In this document: piece by piece, positions 1 to 8,082 of the stretch | Layout: each line of letters opens with the position of its first letter | How positions within the stretch are numbered: the first letter of the stretch is position 1 | Source: Betaproteobacteria bacterium | GTDB lineage: Bacteria > Pseudomonadota > Gammaproteobacteria > Burkholderiales > SG8-39 | Length of the DNA stretch: 64,000 nucleotides | Assembly: GCA_005881595.1 (NCBI GenBank) | Contig: VBBY01000005.1 | Location: forward strand, 18,673-82,672 | Direction: 5' to 3' | The notes under the pieces: model-generated | The model's database searches: none | What the model saw: the letters and a program-made list of their open reading frames with translations, nothing else | What the model was told of the DNA's origin: nothing | Made by a program: the position numbers and the translations under genes

Positions 1-345
1 AACGCCAAGCTGGCGGAAAAAACGCAAGTCGTGGAGGAGCGCCTCTCGGTCTATACGCCCGATCCAGGGCTCCTGCGGGCCATACAGGTTCGCCCTCCAA
101 TGAGCGCTCCGATGCCCTATTCCACGGCCGTGACATACGCGCCCCAGCACGATGCCGCTGCGACACAGCCGATGTACGACGACTATCCGTACGCAGGGTA
201 TTTCCCCTACATAGTGGTGTTCGCAGCTCCAAGGCATGTTCGGCGCACGCCTTCGTCCTCCGGATTCCACGTGCGGACGGCAAGCATGGCTTCATCGTTC
301 CCAGTTCATTCCGCGCGCATGGGCCGCGCTTCCTGGTCGAGGTAG
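1..345 (+). CDS. Hypothetical protein, 3' part (5' end outside window)
   Basis: Frame 1 is open from base 1 (NAKLAEKTQVVEERLSVY...) to TAG at 343-345; Pro/Tyr-rich C-terminus; overlaps the 3' end of the convergent ABC gene. Confidence 0.45.
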   Translation, partial: NAKLAEKTQVVEERLSVYTPDPGLLRAIQVRPPMSAPMPYSTAVTYAPQHDAAATQPMYDDYPYAGYFPYIVVFAAPRHVRRTPSSSGFHVRTASMASSFPVHSARMGRASWSR

Positions 346-2222
346 GACAGCTCGAACTCGGGCTCGGTCGCAAACACGTCGTCGGCGAGAAAGCCGCCCG
401 ACTGGTGGCGCCACAGCTTCTCATACTGGCCGCCGAGGAGCAGCAGCTCGGCGTGCGTGCCCTGCTCGACGATGCGGCCGGCGTCGAGCACGATCAGGCG
501 GTCCATGCGCGCGATCGTGGACAGGCGATGCGCGATCGCAATCACCGTCTTGCCCTCCATCAGGCCGAGCAACTGCTCCTGGATCGCTAGCTCCACTTCG
601 CTGTCGAGGGCGGAGGTCGCCTCGTCGAGCACCAGAATCGGGGCATCTTTCAAAACAACCCTGGCCAGGGCGATCCGTTGTCGCTGGCCGCCGGAGAGCT
701 TGACGCCGCGCTCGCCGACGTGGGCCTCGTAGCCGCTGTGGCCTTTCCAGTCCCTGAGGGCGAGGATGAACTCGTGCGCTTGCGCCTTGCGTGCGGCCGC
801 CACCACGTCCTCGTCGCTTGCGCTCGGCCGGCCGTAGCGGATGTTGGCTGCAATCGAGCGATGCAGGAGCGAAGTGTCCTGCGTCACCATGCCGATCGCC
901 GCGCGCAGGCTCTCCTGCGTGACGTGGGCGATGTCCTGCCCGTCGATGCAGATCCTGCCTTGCTCCGCGTCGTAGAAGCGCTGCAGGAGATTGACTAGCG
1001 TCGATTTGCCGGCGCCAGAGCGTCCGACGACGCCCACGCGCTCCCCATGCCGAATTTGCAAACTCAATTCATTTAGTACCGGCGGAGCATCGCGCCTGCC
1101 GTAGCCGAAGGTCACGTCCTCGAAGCGGATCTCGCCGCGCGACACCTGGAGCGCCCTCGCCTCCGGACGGTCCACTCCGCTGTGCGGCACGGCGATCGAC
1201 TGCATGCCTTCCTGCACCACGCCGATGTTCTCGAAGATGCCGGTCACCTCCCAGCTCACCCAGCCGGACACGTTGGCGACCTGCCAGGCGAGCGGCAGCG
1301 CCGTGGCCACCACTCCCGCGCTCACGCTGCCCTGCGCCCACAGCCAGATGCCGGTGCCTGCGGTGCTCACCAGCAGCGCCGCATTCATCGCTGTCAGGCA
1401 GAACATGAAACGCGTGATGAGGCGCATGTGCGCGGCGATCGCGCCCTGATGCTCGTCGACCGTCTCGCGCACGTAGGCGTCCTCATCGGCGAGCCGCGCG
1501 AAGAGCTTGACCGTGAGAATGTTGGTGTAGCTGTCGACCACCCGCGCCATCACGAGCGAGCGCGCCTCCGAGCTCGCCTTCGCCAGATCGCGCATGCGCG
1601 GCACGAAGTAGCGCAGGAAAAGGAGGTAGCCGCAGAACCACAGCAGCGTCGGCAGCCCCAGGCGCCAGTCCGCCAGCGCCATCAGCGCATACGCGCTCGC
1701 GCCGTACGCCCCGATGTACCAGACCGCGCGAATGCTCGCCATCGCGCTCTCGCGCAGCGCGTTGGCGGTCTGCATCACCCGATTGGCGATACGCCCGGCG
1801 AAATCGTTCTGGAAGAACGGCCAGCTCTGGCGCACCACGTGCCAGTGGCTCTGCCAGCGGATGAGGCAGGTCGCCCCGGGGATCAGCGCGTTATGCCGGA
1901 TCGCGATGTCCGCGAGCAGCACGAGCGGCCGCACGATGAGCACCAGCCCCACCATTCCCAGGAGCAGCGGCCATTGCGCGGCAAGCGCCGCCTGGCGATC
2001 CGTCGCTTCCATCAGCGACACCAGCCTGCCGATGAACAGCGGGATCACCGTATCGAGCAGCGCCACCGCCAGGCTGGCGGCGAACATCGCCGCGAACCAG
2101 CCCTTCGCCTGGCTTACGAAATGCCAATAGAAAGCGAGCAGGCCTTGCGGCGGCGCGCCCGGCCCCGGACTGGCCGTGCCACGGATACTCGACTGGAAAA
2201 GCTTCAAGACTACCGGCAACAT
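306..2222 (-). CDS. ABC exporter, fused permease + ATP-binding domain (MsbA-like architecture)
   Basis: N-terminal hydrophobic TM segments; Walker A GRSGAGKST, signature LSGGQRQR, Walker B ILVLDEATSALD, H-loop IAHRLST. Start uncertain (ATG 2222; ORF open to 2258). Confidence 0.93.
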   Translation of the reverse strand: MLPVVLKLFQSSIRGTASPGPGAPPQGLLAFYWHFVSQAKGWFAAMFAASLAVALLDTVIPLFIGRLVSLMEATDRQAALAAQWPLLLGMVGLVLIVRPLVLLADIAIRHNALIPGATCLIRWQSHWHVVRQSWPFFQNDFAGRIANRVMQTANALRESAMASIRAVWYIGAYGASAYALMALADWRLGLPTLLWFCGYLLFLRYFVPRMRDLAKASSEARSLVMARVVDSYTNILTVKLFARLADEDAYVRETVDEHQGAIAAHMRLITRFMFCLTAMNAALLVSTAGTGIWLWAQGSVSAGVVATALPLAWQVANVSGWVSWEVTGIFENIGVVQEGMQSIAVPHSGVDRPEARALQVSRGEIRFEDVTFGYGRRDAPPVLNELSLQIRHGERVGVVGRSGAGKSTLVNLLQRFYDAEQGRICIDGQDIAHVTQESLRAAIGMVTQDTSLLHRSIAANIRYGRPSASDEDVVAAARKAQAHEFILALRDWKGHSGYEAHVGERGVKLSGGQRQRIALARVVLKDAPILVLDEATSALDSEVELAIQEQLLGLMEGKTVIAIAHRLSTIARMDRLIVLDAGRIVEQGTHAELLLLGGQYEKLWRHQSGGFLADDVFATEPEFELSYLDQEARPMRAE

Positions 2223-2272
2223 ACCAGATTTTCGGCGGAGGTTGAATCCTGGTCTCAATCACTATTCGCGGC

Positions 2273-4108
2273 GTGGCCTTGCTCGCTGCGCTCTGGGCGA
2301 GCGCTGCACCCGGCGCGGCCGAGCGCCCCGAGGACCGCTGGAACCTTGCCGATCTCTATCCTTCGGTCAACGCGTGGGCCGACGACGCCGCGAGGCTCGA
2401 AGCGCAGTTGAAGGAGTTCGCTGCCTGCCGCGGGCAGCTGGGCGATTCGGCGCGCCGCCTCAAGGCCTGCCTCGACGCCAAGGCGGACTTCACCAAGCGC
2501 TACGCGAGGCTCGAAGTGTATGCCTCGGAGCTCTTCGACGAGGACACCGGCTTGCCCGATAGCCTGGAGCTGAGCGAGAAGACGCGCATCCTCGGCACCA
2601 AGCTCGAAGAGGCGACGTCATTCGTGAGGCCCGAGATCCTGCGCCTGAGCAAAGCCCGGCTCGAGCGCTTCTACGCGCGGGAGAAATCGCTCGCTATCTA
2701 CCGCCACCCGCTCGAGCGGATCCTGCGCGCAGCCGCCCATACGCTCGACAGCAGCGGCGAGAGCATCGTCGCCGCCTTTGCCCTGTCGAAGGAGGCGGCG
2801 GGCTCGACCCGCCAGATTCTCGCCAACGCGGACATGCCCTGGCCGACGCTCAGGCTGGCCGACGGTAACGAAGTGAAGCTCGACCAATCGGCCTATACCG
2901 AATACCGGGAAACGGCGAACCGCGACGACCGCAAGAAGGTTTTCGACGCGTTCTTCGGCACCTGGAAGCAGTTCGAGCGCACTTTCGGCGTCACCTTCCA
3001 CGAGAGCCTGAAGAAGGACGCGATCTACACCAGGCTGCGCAAGTACCCGGACACCCTCTCGCGCGCGCTCGATCGCGAACGCATTCCCGCCGGCATCTAT
3101 GAAACCCTGATCGCGGAGACCAACAGGAACCTGCCCACCCTGCACCGTTACTTCAGGCTGCGGGCAAGGCTGCTCGGCATCAAGGGCGAGATGCGCTACT
3201 ACGACATCTACCCGCCCCTGGTGAGCAGCGCGCGCAAGTACCCGATCGATGAGGGCAAGAAGATGATGCTCGCAGCGGTGAAGCCGCTCGGCGAGCGTTA
3301 CGTGGCGGCGATGGCCGCCGGGCTGCAGAACCGCTGGATGGACGTCTATCCGCGGCCGCGCAAGCTCTCGGGCGCTCACATGGACGGCGCGGCGTACGAC
3401 GTGCACCCCTTTGTCCTCATGAACTACAACGACAACTACGAGTCGGTGTCCACGCTGGTGCACGAATGGGGACACGCGATGCACTCGTACCTGTCGAACG
3501 CGGCGCAGCCGTTCGTCACCTCGGACTATGCCATCTTCGTCGCCGAGATCGCCTCGACCTTCAACGAAGCCCTGCTTCTGGAGCACGTGCTCAGGAACGC
3601 GGCCGACGACAACGAGCGCCTGCTGTATCTCGGCACGGCGCTCGAGAACCTGCGCGGCACGTTCTTCCGCCAGGCGATGTTCGCGGAGTTCGAGCGCGAG
3701 GTTCACGCCCGCGTCGACCGCGGCGAGCCGCTAAGCGGCGATAAATTGACACAGATCTACGGGGAGATCCTGCGCCGCTACCACGGCGACAAGGAGGGAG
3801 TGGTGAAAATCGACGACCTGTACGGCGTCGAGTGGGCCTACATCCCGCACTTCTACCGCCCGTTCTACGTCTTCCAGTACGCCACGTCGATCGCCGCGAG
3901 CTCGCTCCTCGCCGACGCGGTGCTCAAGGGCGAGCCGGGGGCGCGCGAGCGCTATCTCGAGCTGCTCAGCGCCGGCGGCTCCGACTATCCGTACGAGCTG
4001 GTGAAGGCGGCGGGCGTCGACCTCGCAAGCCCCGCCCCCTACCGCGCGGTCGTTGCGCGGATGAACCGCATCATGGACGAGATCGAGGCGATCCAGGCCC
4101 GGCGCTGA
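2273..4108 (+). CDS. pepF: Oligoendopeptidase F (M3B zinc peptidase), probably exported
   Basis: RWNLADLY N-terminus, HEWGH zinc motif, EIAST third-ligand motif, WAYIPHFY..FYVFQYA; Ala/Leu-rich signal-like N-terminus. Confidence 0.9.
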   Translation: MALLAALWASAAPGAAERPEDRWNLADLYPSVNAWADDAARLEAQLKEFAACRGQLGDSARRLKACLDAKADFTKRYARLEVYASELFDEDTGLPDSLELSEKTRILGTKLEEATSFVRPEILRLSKARLERFYAREKSLAIYRHPLERILRAAAHTLDSSGESIVAAFALSKEAAGSTRQILANADMPWPTLRLADGNEVKLDQSAYTEYRETANRDDRKKVFDAFFGTWKQFERTFGVTFHESLKKDAIYTRLRKYPDTLSRALDRERIPAGIYETLIAETNRNLPTLHRYFRLRARLLGIKGEMRYYDIYPPLVSSARKYPIDEGKKMMLAAVKPLGERYVAAMAAGLQNRWMDVYPRPRKLSGAHMDGAAYDVHPFVLMNYNDNYESVSTLVHEWGHAMHSYLSNAAQPFVTSDYAIFVAEIASTFNEALLLEHVLRNAADDNERLLYLGTALENLRGTFFRQAMFAEFEREVHARVDRGEPLSGDKLTQIYGEILRRYHGDKEGVVKIDDLYGVEWAYIPHFYRPFYVFQYATSIAASSLLADAVLKGEPGARERYLELLSAGGSDYPYELVKAAGVDLASPAPYRAVVARMNRIMDEIEAIQARR

Positions 4109-4118
4109 CCCGCCGCGG

Positions 4119-4448
4119 CTAGCGCTCTTCCATTCGTTGCGGAAGCGCCATGCCGTGCGGGAGCTCCTCGCGAGGAGGCGCAGCGGCTTCGCTGGTGCGG
4201 GGAGGGGCGCCTTTCTTCGGGCGCCCGGGCCGGTAGACGTATTGAAAAGGGACGAGCGGGGGAACGACGGGCGGACTTTCGAGGAACTTGCAATCGGATT
4301 CGCTTGGCAGGCTTGCCGTCGCCCCGATGCGCTTGCCATTGAGGAATACAGCGTAGCGCAGCATGTGAGCGGAGTAGGGGATCGGCGTGGCGATGATGTC
4401 GTACTTGCCGACGGAGAAGCGCCTGCCTAGGACGGTAGGGATGGTCAT
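4119..4448 (-). CDS. Hypothetical protein (109 aa) with AT-hook-like RPGRPKK
   Basis: ATG at 4448 overlaps the upstream TGA (ATGA coupling); C-terminal part of the 4119..5051 ORF reads MTIPTVLGRRFSVGKYDII... Confidence 0.65.
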   Translation of the reverse strand: MTIPTVLGRRFSVGKYDIIATPIPYSAHMLRYAVFLNGKRIGATASLPSESDCKFLESPPVVPPLVPFQYVYRPGRPKKGAPPRTSEAAAPPREELPHGMALPQRMEER

Positions 4449-5119
4449 TCGAAGCTGTTGACGACGACGCGCTTTTCCGCCGGGGTCCACCTTGCCCAGT
4501 ATTCGTCGCCGCGCTTCTCGACCCGGAGGTTGAGGAGGGTTTCGGCGTCCACGCGGTCCGCCCGGGGCCCTTTGTCCCCCGGCGGCGCACCCGCCGCGCG
4601 CTTGCCGTAGATCAGCAACCCTTCCGCTGCGCCGCGCTCGAGCGCGATGCGGCAATGCTCCAGCCGTTCCTTGCCGCCCGGGGAGTCCGACCAGGGACGC
4701 GAATCGGCGACGTTCGGCGCCCACAGCAGGCAGCTGTTCGCGCCCTCGGCCTCCTGTACTTCCTCGGCGCGCACGCTCAGGAGCACGGTGCCGTCTGTTC
4801 GTATGCCGCCGCAGCTCCAGACCCGGTTGCGCAAGCGAACGCCGTTCACCTCGAACGCCTTGCCCCGCGTGACGAGCCGGCGTGCTTCGCCCGCCTGCCT
4901 GGGGCGGCGCACCAGCGGGTGGCCGCGCGGGCGCGCATCGAGCAGCTCGTTGCACAGCGCCGCGATCTCCGTCTCCTTGAGGCGCTCCGCGTTCGCGAGC
5001 AGCGCCCGCAGCTCGAGCGTGGTGAGCTTGTCGATCTGCTCCTTGCTCCACTTCGCCACCCGGCCCCGGGGCAGGATAGGCGCGGCACGGATGTCTTTGA
5101 TGACCGGACCTGGTTTCAC
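4445..5119 (-). CDS. Hypothetical protein (224 aa)
   Basis: Starts 12 bp after the csp stop with a GAG(G)-type SD; protein-like composition; helical N-terminus (KWSKEQIDKLTTLELRALLANAERL). Confidence 0.7.
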   Translation of the reverse strand: MKPGPVIKDIRAAPILPRGRVAKWSKEQIDKLTTLELRALLANAERLKETEIAALCNELLDARPRGHPLVRRPRQAGEARRLVTRGKAFEVNGVRLRNRVWSCGGIRTDGTVLLSVRAEEVQEAEGANSCLLWAPNVADSRPWSDSPGGKERLEHCRIALERGAAEGLLIYGKRAAGAPPGDKGPRADRVDAETLLNLRVEKRGDEYWARWTPAEKRVVVNSFE

Positions 5120-5131
5120 CTCGCTGGTCCG

Positions 5132-5335
5132 TTACACGGGCTTGATGTTGGCGGCGCGAGGGCCCTTGGGGCTCTGCTCGACCTCGTATTGCACCTTGTC
5201 GTTCTCCTTCAGCGTCTTGAACCCGCTCGCCTGGATGGACGAGAAGTGCACGAAGAGATCCTTGCTGCCGTCATCGGGCGTGATGAAGCCGAAGCCCTTG
5301 GCGTCGTTGAACCACTTTACGGTACCTGTACTCAT
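5132..5335 (-). CDS. Cold-shock protein (CspA family), 67 aa
   Basis: [18 protein letters not shown] (RNP1), DLFVHFS (RNP2); SD AAGGA upstream of ATG 5335. Confidence 0.97.
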   Translation of the reverse strand: MSTGTVKWFNDAKGFGFITPDDGSKDLFVHFSSIQASGFKTLKENDKVQYEVEQSPKGPRAANIKPV

Positions 5336-5483
5336 GTCTGTTTCCTTGATATCGATTGGAAAGAAGGGCGCCATCGGAAGAGAGGCGGCCCTGCGGAAAA
5401 TCAAGGAGAGAACCAACCGACGAGGACAGTACGAACCGCTACGACCCGACCAGCTACTCGCTGCTTGAGAATCCTACTGTATC

Positions 5484-5512
5484 GTTATACAGGCATTCGA
5501 GCGCGCAGTCCA
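5484..5512 (-). promoter_or_regulatory. Sigma70-type promoter of the csp gene; implies a ~140-nt 5' UTR
   Basis: Minus strand TGGACT-N17-TATAAC (5512-5507 / 5489-5484); long leaders are typical of cspA-family genes. Confidence 0.6.
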
Positions 5513-5514
5513 GT

Positions 5515-6693
5515 CTAACCCGGGCGCGGCCAGGGCACGCCCTGGCTGCCGCGGCGCACCGGGCCAACGCCCTTGTAGACGAACTTCTGCAGGCGCTTGC
5601 CCTCGTAGGTCTCGGTCGTGTAGAGGTTGCCCTTCGAGTCGGTGGCGATGCTGTGCACGCCGAAGAACTGGCCGGGCTGGCGGCCGCCGTCGCCGAAGCT
5701 GGTCAGCTCCTCCAGCGTCTCGCGCAGGATGATGCGCACCTTCTGGTTGCGGCCGTCGGCCATGAAAATGTAGCGCTGCTGCGGATCGCGCGAGAAGGCG
5801 ACGTCCCAGACCGAGCCTTCGCTCAGGCTCCTCCTCGCATACCACTGCTCCTTGATGAACTTGCCGTCCTTCGTGAACACCTGCAGGCGATCGTTCTGCC
5901 GGTCGCAGACGTACACCAGGCCGTCGTTCGAGACGTCGGAGCAGTGCACCGGGTTGCGGAACTGCTGCGCCGGCGGCGCGTCGGGATTGTAAGGCCCGAG
6001 GTTGCTGTCGTCGGGCTTGTTGCCGTAGGCGCCCCAGTAGCGCTTCATCTTGCCGGTGTCGGCGTCGAGCACGGCGACGCGCTTGTTCTGGTAGCCGTCG
6101 GCGACGAACGCCTCGTTGGTTTTCGGGTCGACGAAGATCTTCGCCACGCGGCCGAAGTTCTCCAGGTCGTTGCTGCCTTTGTTGTTGCCGTACTTGCCCA
6201 CCTGCAGCAGGAACTTGCCGTCCTTGGTGAACTTCAGCACCTGCGCGTCCTTCGCGCCGTTGCCGCCGATCCAGACATTGCCCTTGTGGTCGACGAAGAT
6301 GCCATGGTTCGACTCGGGCCATTCGTAGCCCGGTCCCGGGCCGCCCCAGTGCCGCACCAGGTTGCCGGCCTGGTCGAACACCAGCACCGGCGGCGCGCCG
6401 CGGCAGCATTCGCCGGTCGGCGGGCTGAGCTCCAGGCCCTTCTCGTTGTTGTTGAGCGTGGCCGAGCTGCGATGGATGATCCAGACGTGGTCCTGCTCGT
6501 CGACCCAGACGCCGATCGTCATGCCGAGCAGCCAGTGGTTGGGCAGGGGCTTGGGCCACAGCGGATCGACTTCGAACACCGGCGCCTGCACGACCTCGGC
6601 TTGGTTAGCCTGCCGGTCGAGGAGCGCCTGCGTGCAGCCGAGCACCGCGAGTAGCGCGACGAACGCCGCGCCGACTGCTCTGCGATTCGTCAT
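5515..6693 (-). CDS. Exported NHL-repeat beta-propeller (peptidyl-alpha-hydroxyglycine alpha-amidating lyase-like), possible lipoprotein
   Basis: FEVDPLWPKPLP, repeated 'V.VFD/FT.DG.F' NHL blades, ADGYQNKRV, HSIATDSKGNLY; signal region ending VLGC; SD GGAGG. Confidence 0.8.
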   Translation of the reverse strand: MTNRRAVGAAFVALLAVLGCTQALLDRQANQAEVVQAPVFEVDPLWPKPLPNHWLLGMTIGVWVDEQDHVWIIHRSSATLNNNEKGLELSPPTGECCRGAPPVLVFDQAGNLVRHWGGPGPGYEWPESNHGIFVDHKGNVWIGGNGAKDAQVLKFTKDGKFLLQVGKYGNNKGSNDLENFGRVAKIFVDPKTNEAFVADGYQNKRVAVLDADTGKMKRYWGAYGNKPDDSNLGPYNPDAPPAQQFRNPVHCSDVSNDGLVYVCDRQNDRLQVFTKDGKFIKEQWYARRSLSEGSVWDVAFSRDPQQRYIFMADGRNQKVRIILRETLEELTSFGDGGRQPGQFFGVHSIATDSKGNLYTTETYEGKRLQKFVYKGVGPVRRGSQGVPWPRPG

Positions 6694-6749
6694 CCGTGCC
6701 TCCTCCGGGAAGCGACCGGGCCGAGTATATGCAAACTCTGCAATACTGG

Positions 6750-8033
6750 GTGCGATTGGATCGCAATTTCATCCTCGCCGCGGCACTTCTCGCGTTCGCG
6801 CCGGGCGCGCGGGCGCACGACATCCCCGACGAAGTCCGCGTCCAGGCCTTCGTAAAGCCCGAAGGCCAGGCGCTGAAACTGCTGGTGCGCGTGCCGCTCA
6901 AGGCGATGCGCGACGTCGACGTGCCGCAGCGGCAGGGAGGCTTCCTCGACTTCGCGCGCGTCGACAGCTCGCTGCGCGACGCGGTCGCCCTGTGGCTCGC
7001 AGGCGAGATCGAGCTTTACGAGAACGACGCGCGGCTCGGCAAGCCGAAGCTGGTCGATGCCCGCGTCTCGCTCGAGTCGGACCGCTCCTTCGCCGCGTAC
7101 GAAAGCGCGCTCGCGCATTTCAAGGATCCGCGCCTCGGCAACGACACCGAGCTCTACTGGAACCAGGGGCTGCTGGACGTGCTGCTCGCGTACCCGGTGC
7201 GCTCCGAGCGCTCCGCCTTCTCGATCCGGCCGCGGCTCGAGCGGCTCGGCATCAAGGTCAACATCGTGCTGCGCTTCCTGCCGCCGGGCGGCGAGGCGAG
7301 GGCGTTCGACCTGCACGGCGACCCCGGCCTCGTGCGCCTCGACCCGCGCTGGCACCAGGCGGCGCTGCGCTTCGTGTACTCGGGCTTCCTGCACATCCTG
7401 CAGGGCAGCGACCACCTTCTCTTCGTGCTCTGCCTGGTCGTCCCGTTCCGGCGCTTCTGGCCGCTCGCGGCCATCGTCACCGCCTTCACCGTCGCGCACT
7501 CCGTCACCCTCATCATGACTGCCCTCGGCCACGGCCCGGACGCGCTCTGGTTTCCCCCGCTGATCGAGCTGCTGATCGCCGCCTCGATCTTCTACATGGC
7601 CGCCGAGAACGTCCTCGGCAGCAGCCTGCAGCGGCGCTGGATCATCGCCTTCGCCTTCGGCCTGGTGCACGGCTTCGGCTTCGCCTACGGCCTGCAGCAG
7701 CTCCTGCAGTTCGCCGGATCCCACCTCATCACCTCGCTCCTCGCCTTCAACCTCGGAGTCGAGCTCGGCCAGCTCCTCGTGCTGATCGTCCTCGTCCCGC
7801 TGCTCAGCTTCCTCTTCCGCTATCTTCCCGAGCGCGTCGGCACGATCATCATCTCGCTGGTCGTGGGTCACACAGCCTGGCATTGGCTCCTCGAGCGCTG
7901 GGAGCGCCTGAGCAGATTCCCCTGGCCCACGCTCGACGCCGCGACGCTCGCCAGCGCAATTCGCTGGCTCATCGCACTGCTGGTGCTTGCAGGGTTGGCG
8001 TGGATAGCTGCTCACAAAAGATCACACAGATAA
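6750..8033 (+). CDS. HupE/UreJ family membrane protein with N-terminal periplasmic domain
   Basis: Signal peptide ...ARA|HD; GFLHIL.G.DHLLF, TAFTVAHSVTL, FGLVHGFGFA, FNLGVELGQL motifs. Start uncertain (GTG 6750 or ATG 6729). Confidence 0.85.
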   Translation: MRLDRNFILAAALLAFAPGARAHDIPDEVRVQAFVKPEGQALKLLVRVPLKAMRDVDVPQRQGGFLDFARVDSSLRDAVALWLAGEIELYENDARLGKPKLVDARVSLESDRSFAAYESALAHFKDPRLGNDTELYWNQGLLDVLLAYPVRSERSAFSIRPRLERLGIKVNIVLRFLPPGGEARAFDLHGDPGLVRLDPRWHQAALRFVYSGFLHILQGSDHLLFVLCLVVPFRRFWPLAAIVTAFTVAHSVTLIMTALGHGPDALWFPPLIELLIAASIFYMAAENVLGSSLQRRWIIAFAFGLVHGFGFAYGLQQLLQFAGSHLITSLLAFNLGVELGQLLVLIVLVPLLSFLFRYLPERVGTIIISLVVGHTAWHWLLERWERLSRFPWPTLDAATLASAIRWLIALLVLAGLAWIAAHKRSHR

Positions 8034-8082
8034 ATCCAAATAATGCATGGACGAGTCGCGCCGGGGGATTCATTGTGCGGCG

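Noticed and set aside
2237-2275. Strong SD-like GGAGGT upstream of pepF with no in-frame ATG (possible frameshift or CTG start)
   Set aside because: GTG 2273 already gives a plausible signal-like N-terminus, and the region overlaps the divergent ABC gene's start; cannot be resolved from sequence alone
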